Shown: positions 28,725 through 39,284, counted from the stretch's first letter. The stretch is 64,000 nucleotides of DNA from Paenimyroides ummariense (GCA_040391585.1 JBEBXO010000002.1:26051-90050); one strand, 5' to 3'. Notes: generated from the sequence alone by a model not told the origin. Translations and numbers: made by a program.

Positions 28725-29967
28725 ATATAAGATAGTTGTTTTTTTTATGTTATTGTCTGCCGCTGGTTTTTCGCAACCGTTAGATTCTTTGCAGATAAAA
28801 AGAACAAGTACCGATGTGAATACTTTTTACCGAACACAGTTTTCTATATTTGATACGCTGGTAAAAAGAAACGATACTCTTTTTTTACGACCAATTACTG
28901 TAGAACAAAAGATGGTTTTACAAGATTCGGTACTTATGAATTTAAAAGCAGATAATGTGCAGCAGGTGGTTGTTTCAACGTTCGAGGTAACCAAACGCAA
29001 TAAAAATACCGATCTTGCTTACTTTTTAATATCAAAACCAACTGGATTTGTGTACGATAGAATGCCGCGTGCAAATCATCAGATTTTATACGATGCCTTG
29101 TCGCCCATTCGGTCACATATCAGTTTTTGGAAAAAAACAAACAGTTTGGGTTTAGATATTAATCAAGGAACGTTCTCTAATTGGAATGCCGGCGGATTTA
29201 GTTCTGTGTCGGGTATCGTTAAAGGCGATTTTACCAGAAAATACGAAAAAGGGCGCACTGTTTGGCTAAACGAATTAAAAGTTCGATACGGCTTAAATAA
29301 ACAAGAAAATTTAGAATTGCGCAAAACCGATGATGTTTTTAATCTTAATTCTTCGTTCGGATATAAAACATCTGTAAAATCTAATTGGTATTATTCGGCA
29401 AAAATGACCTTGAATACCCAAATGGCAAACGGTTATGCCTATCCAAATGTAGAAGATCCTATATCGCGCGCATTTGCACCTGCGTACTTGTTTGTGGGTA
29501 TTGGTTCAGAATTTTTTAAAAACAACTTTAAAGCGTATATTTCACCCGTAACATTAAAATCTACATTGGTTTTAGACGATACTTTGGCGAACAAAGGCGA
29601 GTTTGGTTTGCCGGGAGGAATTTATAACGAAGACGGAACTTTACTTAAAGCCGGAAAAAAATCGAGAAACGAATTGGGGTTTTTGTTTACCAGCGAATGG
29701 AATAAATCGATCATGAAAAACGTTAACCTTAAAAACAACCTAACGGTTTATACCGATTATTTGAATAATTTTGGAAATGTAGATGTAGATTGGCAACTTC
29801 AACTTGAAATGAAGGTAAACAGTTTGTTAAAAGCTACATTAGGAGGACATTTGATTTATGATGATGATATAAAAAATAAACGAGATGTAAACGGAACCCA
29901 AATTACCGAAGGTCCTCGCGTGCAGTTTAAACAGTTGTTAAGTGTTGGTTTGGTTTATAATTTTTAA
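28717..29967 (+). CDS. DUF3078-like outer membrane protein
   Basis: Signal peptide after ATG 28717 (MFKYKIVVFFMLLSAAGFSQ), overlapping the dxs stop by 8 nt. Beta-rich with NWNAGGFSS motif and aromatic C-terminus VYNF. Confidence 0.5.
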   Translation: MFKYKIVVFFMLLSAAGFSQPLDSLQIKRTSTDVNTFYRTQFSIFDTLVKRNDTLFLRPITVEQKMVLQDSVLMNLKADNVQQVVVSTFEVTKRNKNTDLAYFLISKPTGFVYDRMPRANHQILYDALSPIRSHISFWKKTNSLGLDINQGTFSNWNAGGFSSVSGIVKGDFTRKYEKGRTVWLNELKVRYGLNKQENLELRKTDDVFNLNSSFGYKTSVKSNWYYSAKMTLNTQMANGYAYPNVEDPISRAFAPAYLFVGIGSEFFKNNFKAYISPVTLKSTLVLDDTLANKGEFGLPGGIYNEDGTLLKAGKKSRNELGFLFTSEWNKSIMKNVNLKNNLTVYTDYLNNFGNVDVDWQLQLEMKVNSLLKATLGGHLIYDDDIKNKRDVNGTQITEGPRVQFKQLLSVGLVYNF

Positions 29968-29970
29968 AAT

Positions 29971-30663
29971 ATGAAAGTTTTTTTTAGCATATTGATCTTT
30001 TTGACTTCTGTAAAAATGTTTTCGCAGGCTACAGATAGTTTGCCAGTTTTAGACAGAACCATAAAGGTAACCGATCCGTTTTACCGTGAAGACCAGTTTT
30101 ATATGGGTGTTACGCATAGTTTAATGCTTAAACAGCCCGAAAATTTTACAACCAATTCTATTTCAATAGGAACCAATTTTGGTTTTTTACGCGATTTTCC
30201 TATCAACAAACAACGAACAGTGGCAATTGCGCCGGGATTTGGTTTTGCTTTGTACAATTTACGTCATAATTTGGCATTGATTGATAAGGAGGCTGTACAT
30301 TTTGAGATAGACAACAATCAAGATAAAAATGTACAAAAGCTTTCATATATCGAAGTACCCATTGAATTTCGCTGGCGTAATTCAAAAGTACATTCGCATA
30401 AATTCTGGCGAATATATACTGGCATTAAATACAGTTATTTGTTAAATGCTACGTCAAAATATGAAGGATCTTTTGGTAAACATAGCTTTAAGAATGCCGA
30501 TTTGCTGTCAAGATCAAATTTAGGTGTTTATATTTCGGCAGGTTTCAATACTTGGAATTTATACGGATACTACGGTTTTAAACCTTTATATAATAAAAAC
30601 GTGATTAATAATGAAAGCCATATAAACATGTTGAATGTTGGGTTGATGTTTTATATTTTGTAA
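29971..30663 (+). CDS. outer membrane beta-barrel protein (PorT/OMP_b-brl_2-like)
   Basis: Signal peptide, alternating strands, aromatic-rich C-terminus. Confidence 0.55.
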   Translation: MKVFFSILIFLTSVKMFSQATDSLPVLDRTIKVTDPFYREDQFYMGVTHSLMLKQPENFTTNSISIGTNFGFLRDFPINKQRTVAIAPGFGFALYNLRHNLALIDKEAVHFEIDNNQDKNVQKLSYIEVPIEFRWRNSKVHSHKFWRIYTGIKYSYLLNATSKYEGSFGKHSFKNADLLSRSNLGVYISAGFNTWNLYGYYGFKPLYNKNVINNESHINMLNVGLMFYIL

Positions 30664-30705
30664 GAAGATATTTTATCTGTTTGAAAAATAGTAATTAGTA
30701 AACTA

Positions 30706-31311
30706 TTACATTTTATAAAACAAAATAAACGATGGTACAAAACCAATCAACGCACCAACAATAATTTCTACATTGGTATGCGCTTTTAAATACAAACGAG
30801 AAGAAGCTACCAAACCTATAATAAGCAATAATGCTGGTAATATGTAAAACGGATTTAGATAATAGGTTGTAGTTTGGTTTACAAAAAGTGGAATGGCACT
30901 GCAAACGCTTGCAACGTGTACACTGTATTTACGCTTTAACAATATCCCGAAAAATAAAATGCTGTACGAAATACAATAGCCTATAAAAAATACTTTCAAA
31001 GAGGAATTGGCTGCGTTTTCCCAAATTTTAAAAATAAGAATGTTTATTATTACAATATTTAAAAACATGGGCGCACTGCGTTCGCGCAGGTTTTGAATCA
31101 TTACAGATGATTTTAACAAACCTAACGATTTCATAAAGAAATAAATACATACGGGTAACAAGAAGGTCATTAAAAAAGCCTGACCTGTTGCCAGATATTG
31201 TTCTAAAGGAATAAAAAATTCGGCATTTAATAAGTAAAAACATCCTGTGATTATGGTTGGGATAAAAACAGGATGGAATAAATAAGATATTATTTTTGCC
31301 GCATATTTCAT
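30706..31311 (-). CDS. integral membrane protein, PAP2-like phosphatase fold
   Basis: Six predicted TM segments. The C-terminal SRLYLKAHTNVEIIVGALIG resembles PAP2 motif C3 (SRxxxxxHxxxD/E). Confidence 0.4.
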   Translation of the reverse strand: MKYAAKIISYLFHPVFIPTIITGCFYLLNAEFFIPLEQYLATGQAFLMTFLLPVCIYFFMKSLGLLKSSVMIQNLRERSAPMFLNIVIINILIFKIWENAANSSLKVFFIGYCISYSILFFGILLKRKYSVHVASVCSAIPLFVNQTTTYYLNPFYILPALLLIIGLVASSRLYLKAHTNVEIIVGALIGFVPSFILFYKM

Positions 31312-32774
31312 TAAATTTTTCTACGCATTCTGGCTACTGGTATGTCTAATTGTTCGCGGTATTTTGCAACGGTTCGGCGGGCAATAGGGTAGCCTTTTTC
31401 TTTAAGCATTTCTGCCAGCTTATCGTCTGGCAATGGTTTTTGCTTGTCTTCATCTGCAATAATGTTCTGAAGAATTTTTTTAATTTCAATAGTTGAAACT
31501 TCTTCTCCCTGATCGTTTACCATCGCTTCAGAGAAAAATTCTTTAATTAGTTTGGTACCGTAAGGCGTATCAACATATTTGCTGTTTGCAACACGCGAAA
31601 TAGTAGAAATATCCAAACCAACCATATCGGCAATATCCTTTAAAATCATTGGTCGGATTTTTGTTTCGTCGCCGTCTAAAAAATATTCTTTTTGGTATTC
31701 AATAATAGCGCTCATGGTTACAAACAAGGTTTCTTGGCGTTGTTTAATGGCATCTATAAACCATTTGGCACCATCTAACTTTTGTTTAATGAACTGTACC
31801 GCATCTTTTTGTGCCGATGATTTTTCGTTGGTTTCTTTATAAGTTTGCAACATTTCCTGATAATCTTTAGAAACGTGCAACTCTGGAGCGTTACGGCTGT
31901 TTAAATGCAGTTCTATTTCTCCATCGTCTACCTTTACTGTAAAATCAGGGATAATATGTTCTATAGCTCTTGAATTTCCTGAAAAACTACCCCCTGGTTT
32001 AGGATTTAATTTTTCAATTTCATCGATGCCCTTTCTTAATTGCGATTGCGAAACGCCGTATTTTTGTAATAATTTGTCGTAATGCTTTTTGGTAAAGGCA
32101 TCAAATTGATTTTCTACAATGTCTTTTGCCAAATCAATAGATTCGTTTGGTGTTTTGTTTCGCAATTGTAACAGCAGGCACTCTTGTAAATCGCGCGCGC
32201 CCACACCACTTGGTTCCAATTCGTGTATTACATTTTCTAGAACTGCGTGTACTTGTTCTTCGCTGGCATAAATACCTTGCGTAAAAGCCATGTCGTCTAC
32301 AATATCCTGAACATCGCGGCGGATATATCCCATGTCGTCCATACTACCAATTAAAAATTCGGCAATATTGCGTTCTTCATCGGTTAAAATAAACGTGTTC
32401 AGCTGTTCAATTAAACTTTGGTGAAAGCTAATTTGTGCTTCAATAGGCGAAAATGTTTCCTCGTCGTCGTCGCTGTAATTATTACTTTTTAATTTGTAAT
32501 CGGGTATTTCGTCATCGCTTAAATAATCATCGATGTTGATATCTTCTGCGTCGATTTGTTCATTGTCGTAATCATCATATTCATCATTGTTATCCTGAAA
32601 TTCATCGGTTTCATTTAGCTCATCTTTTCCCGATTCCAACGCAGGATTTTCAACCAATTCTTCTTTCAATCGTTGTTCAAAAGCTAACGTAGGCAATTGA
32701 ATCAATTTCATTAATTGAATTTGCTGAGGCGATAATTTCTGAGATAATTTTAACTGTAAATTTTGTTTTAACAT
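31311..32774 (-). CDS. rpoN: RNA polymerase sigma-54 factor
   Basis: Region I (LKQNLQLKLSQKLSPQQIQLMKL), an acidic region II, and the C-terminal RpoN box ARRTVAKYR. Start at 32774 is preferred over 32822. Confidence 0.9.
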   Translation of the reverse strand: MLKQNLQLKLSQKLSPQQIQLMKLIQLPTLAFEQRLKEELVENPALESGKDELNETDEFQDNNDEYDDYDNEQIDAEDINIDDYLSDDEIPDYKLKSNNYSDDDEETFSPIEAQISFHQSLIEQLNTFILTDEERNIAEFLIGSMDDMGYIRRDVQDIVDDMAFTQGIYASEEQVHAVLENVIHELEPSGVGARDLQECLLLQLRNKTPNESIDLAKDIVENQFDAFTKKHYDKLLQKYGVSQSQLRKGIDEIEKLNPKPGGSFSGNSRAIEHIIPDFTVKVDDGEIELHLNSRNAPELHVSKDYQEMLQTYKETNEKSSAQKDAVQFIKQKLDGAKWFIDAIKQRQETLFVTMSAIIEYQKEYFLDGDETKIRPMILKDIADMVGLDISTISRVANSKYVDTPYGTKLIKEFFSEAMVNDQGEEVSTIEIKKILQNIIADEDKQKPLPDDKLAEMLKEKGYPIARRTVAKYREQLDIPVARMRRKI

Positions 32775-32898
32775 GTTATGTTGATCCTTTGGACTTTTGT
32801 TAATTAAAAAAGTTTGATACAAACTTAATTATTCAAAAATAACAAATAATTAGCGTTGTATCAAACTTAATATGTGATAAAAATCTGTGAAAGATTTT

Positions 32899-34335
32899 TT
32901 AAAATTCTGCGTTTTGTGGTGTTCTTGGGAACGGGATTACGTCGCGAATGTTGGTCATGCCGGTTACGAATAGCACCAAACGTTCAAAACCTAAGCCAAA
33001 CCCAGAGTGTACTGCGGTACCAAATTTACGTGTATCTAAATACCACCATAATTCTTCTTCAGGAATGTTTAGAGCTTTCATTTTTTCGACTAAAACTTCG
33101 TAACGTTCTTCACGTTGAGATCCGCCGACAATTTCTCCAATGCCTGGAAATAAAATATCCATTGCACGCACTGTTTTTTCATCCTCGTTTAAACGCATAT
33201 AGAATGATTTAATGTTTGCGGGATAATCAAAAACAATTACCGGAGATTTAAAGTGTTTTTCAACCAAGAAACGTTCGTGTTCACTTTGTAAATCGGCTCC
33301 CCATTCTTCAATTAGGTAGTTGAATTGTTTCTTTTTATTTGGTTTAGAATCTTTTAAAATATCAATAGCTTCGGTGTACGAAACACGTTTGAAATTGTTT
33401 TCTAAAACAAAACGTAATTTTTCAATTAAGCTCATTTCAGAACGTTCTGCCTGTGGTTTCGATTTTTCTTCATCTAACAAACGTGTTTCCAATTGTTTTA
33501 AATCGTCTTCACATTTTTCTAACGTATATTTAATGACGTATTTAATGAAATCTTCAGCCAAATCCATATTGCCGTCTAAATCTAAAAAAGCAACCTCTGG
33601 TTCAATCATCCAAAATTCTGCTAAGTGACGTGAAGTGTTTGAATTTTCGGCACGAAATGTTGGTCCAAAAGTATAAATTGATCCCAATGCCATAGCATAC
33701 GCTTCGCCTTCTAACTGACCCGAAACGGTTAAATTAGTATGTTTACCAAAAAAATCTTCTTTGTAATTAATACTTCCGTCTTCGTTGCGAGGTGCAGAAC
33801 CATCTAACGGAAAGGAAGTTACTTGAAACATTTCGCCAGCTCCTTCAGCATCAGATCCAGTAATAATTGGCGTGTTTACATAGAAAAAACCATTGTCTTG
33901 AAAGTACTTGTGTACCGCGTAAGCTAACGTGCTGCGCACACGCATAATAGCACCAAACATATTGGTACGAATGCGTAAATGAGCATTTTCACGTAAAAAC
34001 TCTAACGAGTGTTTTTTAGGCTGCATTGGGTATTTTTCAGGATCAGAATCTCCTAAAATTTCTAAAGCAGTTGCCTGAATTTCATATTTCTGTCCTTTTC
34101 CTTGGCTTTCAACCAACGTACCTTTTACGCTAACAGCAGCACCCGTTGTAATACGTTTTACAATTTCTTCAGGAAAAGCATCTAATTCTAAAACGCACTG
34201 AATGTTGTGTATGGTAGAACCGTCGTTTAACGCAATAAACTGATTGTTTCTAAAAGTACGAACCCAACCTTTAGCCGTTACTTCTTGTAATAGATGCGAT
34301 CCAGCTAAAAGATCTTTAATCTTGATATGTTTCAT
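32899..34335 (-). CDS. asnS: asparagine--tRNA ligase
   Basis: Class IIb aaRS motifs ([34 protein letters not shown]) in a 478-aa protein. Confidence 0.9.
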   Translation of the reverse strand: MKHIKIKDLLAGSHLLQEVTAKGWVRTFRNNQFIALNDGSTIHNIQCVLELDAFPEEIVKRITTGAAVSVKGTLVESQGKGQKYEIQATALEILGDSDPEKYPMQPKKHSLEFLRENAHLRIRTNMFGAIMRVRSTLAYAVHKYFQDNGFFYVNTPIITGSDAEGAGEMFQVTSFPLDGSAPRNEDGSINYKEDFFGKHTNLTVSGQLEGEAYAMALGSIYTFGPTFRAENSNTSRHLAEFWMIEPEVAFLDLDGNMDLAEDFIKYVIKYTLEKCEDDLKQLETRLLDEEKSKPQAERSEMSLIEKLRFVLENNFKRVSYTEAIDILKDSKPNKKKQFNYLIEEWGADLQSEHERFLVEKHFKSPVIVFDYPANIKSFYMRLNEDEKTVRAMDILFPGIGEIVGGSQREERYEVLVEKMKALNIPEEELWWYLDTRKFGTAVHSGFGLGFERLVLFVTGMTNIRDVIPFPRTPQNAEF

Positions 34336-34429
34336 TATATGTGCTATAATAATATGTCGAATAATATAATTTGCAAAGTTATGATTTTTTGAGATTTAAA
34401 CAGCATAATTTTAACGAAAGTAAACTATA

Positions 34430-34711
34430 ACCCGTAGTGCATTATAAAATATCCTCGGATACACAGATTTATATGTTTTTTAAACCACAATAGAAAATAT
34501 AGTTATATACTGATTTATTAGTAAGTTATAGAGAACCAAAGGGTATATATAGTTTTTATCAATGATAAAACACATAGTCAAGCTATGTTTATTTTGTAAA
34601 ATACAAAAACTATGTAGCCTAAAATTTTTTCAACAGTAAATACAGAATCTATGTGGTGAAAAACGATTTGTTTTTAGTTTATTACATGTAAAAGGATAAT
34701 CCACTACAGGT
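34430..34711 (-). mobile_element. MITE-like non-autonomous element, copy 2 (282 bp, inverted relative to copy 1)
   Basis: TIRs ACCCGTAGTGCATTAT (34430-34445) and ATAATCCACTACAGGT (34696-34711). 8-bp duplication AAACTATA at 34422-34429 and 34712-34719. The sequence is the reverse complement of copy 1 with high identity along the full length. Confidence 0.8.
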
Positions 34712-34757
34712 AAACTATAGCGTTTTTTTATATCTTTGATGTTAAAAGTGAATAAAA

Positions 34758-35087
34758 ATGAATTGGATTTTATTGATTATTGGCGGCTTGTTTGAAGTTG
34801 CTTTTACTTATTGCATTGGACGAGCGAACGAGGCTACTGGAAACGAAAAATATTTGTGGTATGTAGGGTTTTTAATCAGCGTTTCTATAAGTATGGGCTT
34901 GTTGATAAAAGCTAGTAAAACACTGACTTTAGGTACGGCGTATGCCGTTTGGAGTGGGATAGGAGCTGTAGGGTCGGTAACAATGGGTATTTTATTCTTT
35001 AAAGAACCAGCTGATTTTTGGCGTATGTTTTTTATATTTACGTTAATTGGCTCTATTGTAGGTTTAAAAATGGTTTCGGCGAGTTAA
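34758..35087 (+). CDS. sugE: SMR family transporter (SugE/Gdx-like)
   Basis: 109 aa with 4 TM segments and the conserved Glu in TM1 (GGLFEVAF). A TATCTTTG -7-like box lies at 34731-34738. Confidence 0.8.
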   Translation: MNWILLIIGGLFEVAFTYCIGRANEATGNEKYLWYVGFLISVSISMGLLIKASKTLTLGTAYAVWSGIGAVGSVTMGILFFKEPADFWRMFFIFTLIGSIVGLKMVSAS

Positions 35088-35169
35088 TATTTATACTGAT
35101 TTTGTTCGCAGATATCACATAGCTACTTTAGTCATCACTAAATAACGATATTAACTTTATACTGAAACA

Positions 35170-35664
35170 ATGAGCATTAAAAAAGCATTATTAATTGAAC
35201 TAGAGCGCGAAAAAGAAAACACCAAGCGTGTTATTAGCAGGTTGTCAGATAATCAGTTTGGTTACAAACCACATGAAAAGTCAATGACATTGGGCGAATT
35301 AGCAAACCATATTGTAGAATTGCACAATTGGGTAGATTTTGTGATTAACAAAGACGTTTTCGACTTTCATAAAGATTATAAACCATCAACCCTAACTACA
35401 ACCGAAGAATTGTTGAAAGTTCTTGACGAAGGTTTTGAAAAAAATAAAGCAGTGATTGAACAAATGGACGAGCAGGTGGTTTTTGAAAAATGGTCGTTGC
35501 AAGCAGGTGATCATGTTATTGCAAGTATGCCAAAAACGGCTGCGTTACGATTCATAGTTACTAATCATTTAATTCACCATCGCGGACAGCTAACTGTTTA
35601 TATGCGTTTGTTAGATATTCCTGTGCCGGGCGTTTACGGTCCATCGGCAGATGATGTAGCTTAA
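35170..35664 (+). CDS. DinB family protein
   Basis: 164 aa. DinB_2-like His triad context (ANHIVELHNW...HLIHHRGQL). Confidence 0.65.
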   Translation: MSIKKALLIELEREKENTKRVISRLSDNQFGYKPHEKSMTLGELANHIVELHNWVDFVINKDVFDFHKDYKPSTLTTTEELLKVLDEGFEKNKAVIEQMDEQVVFEKWSLQAGDHVIASMPKTAALRFIVTNHLIHHRGQLTVYMRLLDIPVPGVYGPSADDVA

Positions 35665-35793
35665 CAGAAATGAGTCGGAAGAAATTTCGACTTTTTTTTA
35701 TTTTTTGCTTAACAGTATTTCGTTTTTATTTAAATTACTTTTATAAGTTCATGATTACAAAAAATGAAATATGATCTTTATTAATAATTACTT

Positions 35794-36465
35794 ATGAAAA
35801 TTCTAGTAATAGAAGACGAAATTCAGTTGCAGAAAACTATTGTAGAATTTTTGAACAACGAGAAAATTTTAGCAGAATCGGCAACTACATTTAAAGATGC
35901 TTTAGATAAAATTATTTCGTTTGATTACGATTGTATACTCTTAGATATTATGTTGCCCGATGGCAGCGGAATGGATATTTTAAAAGAATTAAAAAAGTTA
36001 AAGTCAAAAGCATCTGTGATTATTCTTTCGGCTAAAGACAGTGTAGATGATAAGGTAGAAGGACTGCTTGTAGGTGCCGATGATTATTTGGCAAAACCCT
36101 TTCATTTTGCCGAATTGTTGGCTCGAATAAAAGTGGCTTTGCGAAAAAATCAACAGAGCGGAAACGCATTGCTGCAATACAAAAACATTGTGGTAAATCC
36201 CGAAGATCGCATAGTTACAGTCGCTAGCGAAGAATTAAAACTAAATAGAAAAGAATACGATTTGTTGTATTATTTTATGCTTCGTCCGGAAAAAGTAATG
36301 CAGAAAACCACGTTAGCAGAAACTGTTTGGGGCGATCATATTGAATTTGCCGACAATTTAGATTTTATCTATTCGCAAATAAAAAATCTTCGTAAAAAAC
36401 TAAAAACAGCAAATGCTCAGGCAGATATTCATGCGGTTTATGGTGTAGGATATAAATTACAATAA
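35794..36465 (+). CDS. OmpR/PhoB-type response regulator
   Basis: Receiver domain (DxxxLDIMLPDGSG, phospho-acceptor Asp) plus a winged-helix C-terminus (VYGVGYKL). Confidence 0.85.
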   Translation: MKILVIEDEIQLQKTIVEFLNNEKILAESATTFKDALDKIISFDYDCILLDIMLPDGSGMDILKELKKLKSKASVIILSAKDSVDDKVEGLLVGADDYLAKPFHFAELLARIKVALRKNQQSGNALLQYKNIVVNPEDRIVTVASEELKLNRKEYDLLYYFMLRPEKVMQKTTLAETVWGDHIEFADNLDFIYSQIKNLRKKLKTANAQADIHAVYGVGYKLQ

Positions 36466-36467
36466 GA

Positions 36468-37745
36468 ATGAAGGTATCTTTAAAAAATTATTCGTTCCGT
36501 TATTTGGTACCACTTCTTTTTTTGGTTATGGGTATTTGGGCATTTTTGTTTTATAAAACCATTGTTGACGAGGTTTATGACAATATTGATGATGGATTAA
36601 AAAATCAGAAAATAGAAATTATCAGAGAAGCTTATGTAGATCCAAACATAACAAAAGTAACCGAATTTGGCGTAAATCAGTTTCGTATCTTAAAGGTTTC
36701 AGATGTCGATTACGATGAAAGCAACCGCTTAACAACCGAAATGGTTTTTATGCCTTACGATGGCGAAAACGAACCTTATAGGGTGTTGCGTACTGGTTTT
36801 CATGGCATAGATAAAGAAAAATACCTCTTGGAAATTAGAACTTCTATGATGGAAGAAGATGATATGATTTTTAATTTATCAATTTCATTAATAGTTCTAT
36901 ATGTATTGATCTTGCTTAGTGCCTTGGTCATTCATCAAGTGGTTATTCGCAAGGCATTAAAGCCTTTTTATGCCATTTTAGATCAAATTAAACAATACCG
37001 TTTAGGTAAAAACACCAAAATACAATCGGTTAAAAGCAATGTGATTGAATTTGCGACTTTAGAAGAAGAAGTTATTGAAATGATCTACCGCAACGAGGAA
37101 ATGTATCAACAGCAAAAATTATTCATAGAAAATGCTTCGCACGAACTGCAAACGCCTTTAGCAGTAACGATAAACGAATTGGATTTGGTTTTGGAAAATA
37201 CCGATATTCCCGAAAAAGATTATGTAAAAATTGCCGATGCCAAAGATGCCTTGTGGCGAATGGTGCATTTAAATAAATCGCTGTTGATGCTATCGCGTAT
37301 TGACAATCACCAATATAAAATGACCGACGAGGTTAATTTTTCCGAAGTGATTCAGTACGAATTAGATGCTTTAAATTTAATTATAGAAGAAAAACAACTT
37401 GATGTACAATTTGAAAAGAAAGGTGATTTTATAGTGAAATTTCATGCTGAAATGGCTTGTGTGTTACTTTCAAATTTGTTACGAAATGCCATAAAACACA
37501 ATAACGGCAAAAAAGAAATATCTATTTATATCGATAAAAACGAAGTGAAAATTGCCAACAGCGGAAATCATATTCCGTTAAATCCAAAATTAATTTATGA
37601 GCGTTTTTATAAACAGGGAACAGCTCAAAACAGTAATGGTTTGGGGCTTTCAATTGTTAAAAGTATTATAGATAAACAAAATGCTATTGCTCTTTCATAT
37701 GCTTTTTTTAATGAGAAACATCAATTTAAAATCACAAAAAAATAA
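36468..37745 (+). CDS. sensor histidine kinase (HisKA/HATPase_c)
   Basis: Two TM segments. H-box ENASHELQTPL, N-box LLRNAIKHN, G-box GLGLSIV. Separated by 2 nt from the regulator. Confidence 0.85.
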   Translation: MKVSLKNYSFRYLVPLLFLVMGIWAFLFYKTIVDEVYDNIDDGLKNQKIEIIREAYVDPNITKVTEFGVNQFRILKVSDVDYDESNRLTTEMVFMPYDGENEPYRVLRTGFHGIDKEKYLLEIRTSMMEEDDMIFNLSISLIVLYVLILLSALVIHQVVIRKALKPFYAILDQIKQYRLGKNTKIQSVKSNVIEFATLEEEVIEMIYRNEEMYQQQKLFIENASHELQTPLAVTINELDLVLENTDIPEKDYVKIADAKDALWRMVHLNKSLLMLSRIDNHQYKMTDEVNFSEVIQYELDALNLIIEEKQLDVQFEKKGDFIVKFHAEMACVLLSNLLRNAIKHNNGKKEISIYIDKNEVKIANSGNHIPLNPKLIYERFYKQGTAQNSNGLGLSIVKSIIDKQNAIALSYAFFNEKHQFKITKK

Positions 37746-37807
37746 ATTCCTAATTCTTTCCCAATTTAGTTCTGAACTTTGCTTAGTAATATTAAATAAA
37801 CAAAAAG

Positions 37808-38236
37808 ATGAAAAAAATAGTTGTAGCAATTACATTATTAATTGGGAGTGTAACTTTTGCACAAGACCGCGTAATTACTTTTAACGAATTACCAAAAGCA
37901 GGTAAAGATTTTGTAACAAAATATTTTGATGCCAAAAAAGTGAGCGTAGTAACTTTAGATGACGATTTTTTTTCTAAAGATTACGAATTGGTTTTAACCA
38001 ACGGAACAAAAATTGAATTGAATGGAAACGGCGAATGGAAAGAAATTAACGGTAAAAGAAACAATATACCTACCGGATTTATTCCAAAAAACATTATTTC
38101 GTATGTGAAAAAAAGTTTTCCAAATACCGAAATTATAAAAATTGAAAAAGAACGTTCTGGTTACAGCGTAGAATTAACCAATGGTTTAGATTTAGATTTT
38201 AATAGTAAAGGTGAGTTTTTACGTATAGATGATTAA
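37808..38236 (+). CDS. PepSY-like (DUF2874-type) periplasmic protein
   Basis: Signal peptide and two repeated beta-lactamase-inhibitor-like halves (ELxLTNGTKIELNGNGEW / VELTNGLDLDFNSKGEF). Confidence 0.55.
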   Translation: MKKIVVAITLLIGSVTFAQDRVITFNELPKAGKDFVTKYFDAKKVSVVTLDDDFFSKDYELVLTNGTKIELNGNGEWKEINGKRNNIPTGFIPKNIISYVKKSFPNTEIIKIEKERSGYSVELTNGLDLDFNSKGEFLRIDD

Positions 38237-38254
38237 TAAAGAGTTTGTAGATAC

Positions 38255-38291
38255 AACGCTGTGAGTATAAGAGTTCACAGCGTTTTTTTTT
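38255..38291. terminator. bidirectional terminator
   Basis: aacgctgtga / tcacagcgtt 10-bp stem followed by T9. Confidence 0.7.
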
Positions 38292-38297
38292 ATAAAT

Positions 38298-38606
38298 TTA
38301 CAAAACAGCTTGGGTAGAACCAACATAATTTAAAACCTGAACGGTATGCGAATTATTTAGTCCGCTTGCATCTCTTTTCTTTTGAAAATCTAAAAAAGAC
38401 GGTACGTTTAAAACTTCTGTTTGAATTTTTTCGTCTTTGTAATTAGATATATGAGTAAAAGTAACGCCATCATCCTTTACAAAAACTGTATAATTAAACA
38501 ACGATTGATCTAATTGTTTAAAATCTTGCAGGAAAACAGCAATGTTTTCTTTGTTTTTGCTAACAAAATCAGGGTTTACAGTGTAACTTACTATAACGTG
38601 TATCAT
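38298..38606 (-). CDS. small ABM/dimeric alpha-beta-barrel-like protein
   Basis: 102 aa. Size and beta-alpha-beta pattern only. Confidence 0.3.
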   Translation of the reverse strand: MIHVIVSYTVNPDFVSKNKENIAVFLQDFKQLDQSLFNYTVFVKDDGVTFTHISNYKDEKIQTEVLNVPSFLDFQKKRDASGLNNSHTVQVLNYVGSTQAVL

Positions 38607-38704
38607 ATCTTTTTAATTGAGAAGTTACTGATTAATTCTGTAAATAAAGTGCTTTCCAAATTGCTTAACGTATGGTTCCAATTGCCTTAATCCGTTCTGT
38701 TGCA
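38604..38704. repeat. direct repeat A: orphan duplicate of the 3' end of the esterase gene
   Basis: 38604-38674 matches 39363-39433 with one substitution, and similarity then decays. On the minus strand it reads GNWNHTLSNLESTLFTELISNFSIKKI* preceded by a stop codon. Confidence 0.8.
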
Positions 38705-38725
38705 AAATGTAAGCAGAAGTGCTTT

Positions 38726-39043
38726 TTACTTTGATTTCCTATTATCATCATTCATTTTTATAGGATTTTGTCTTCCATCAAAAATGTCGTTGATGATTAT
38801 ATTATTATTATCAATTTTGTAGATTACTTTATAATTTTCACAAACAATATACCTATGATTTTGATTTAGTTTTTCAAGATTTAATTCAATTTGACCGGAT
38901 TCTGGATTACTCATCAATTGTTTTGTCGAATCTAAGATTTGTTTACGAATTTTATGGGCAACTTTTTTACTTGCTTTATTGGAATAATAGTCGAAAATAT
39001 CTTTAAGATTGTCTATTGCAAAATCAGTCCATATAATTTTCAT
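38726..39043 (-). CDS. type II toxin, RelE/ParE family
   Basis: 105 aa. N-terminal IIWTDFA and C-terminal DGRQNP pattern. Lies 1 nt downstream of its antitoxin. Confidence 0.7.
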   Translation of the reverse strand: MKIIWTDFAIDNLKDIFDYYSNKASKKVAHKIRKQILDSTKQLMSNPESGQIELNLEKLNQNHRYIVCENYKVIYKIDNNNIIINDIFDGRQNPIKMNDDNRKSK

Positions 39044-39044
39044 G

Positions 39045-39284
39045 TTACCAATTTGCTGATAATTTTTCTAAATCTTCTTGAGATTTATAGTTTCCGTCTT
39101 TAAAATCTTGTTCAGATTTTTCAATTCTATTTATTAGTTCCTTACTCGTAAAGGGGCTAAATTCAGAATGATCTTCTTTCTCGAACTTTCTTAAAATATA
39201 ATTTTCAATTTTTTCAAAAAAACTCTCATCTTGTAACTGTGCAAGATATGTTATTAAGTTCAATTTTCTAGTTTCTAAATCCAT
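39045..39284 (-). CDS. type II antitoxin (addiction-module component)
   Basis: 79 aa, upstream of and adjacent to the toxin. Paralog of 25874..26110. Confidence 0.65.
   Translation of the reverse strand: MDLETRKLNLITYLAQLQDESFFEKIENYILRKFEKEDHSEFSPFTSKELINRIEKSEQDFKDGNYKSQEDLEKLSANW

Noticed and set aside
32874-33212. A 112-aa plus-strand ORF at the asnS 3' end.
   Set aside because: It is entirely antisense to the strongly supported asnS gene and has no signal or motif.
11391-34711. The two inverted MITE copies could be the ends of a composite transposon or genomic island.
   Set aside because: Each copy has its own matched 8-bp TSD, so they are independent insertions. The intervening genes are core housekeeping genes (dxs, rpoN, asnS, rng, mutY, ssb, gldDE).
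34712-34757. A guanidine riboswitch upstream of the sugE/gdx-like gene.
   Set aside because: Only 46 nt separate the MITE end from the start codon, which is too short for a ykkC-type aptamer. No conserved aptamer motifs were seen.
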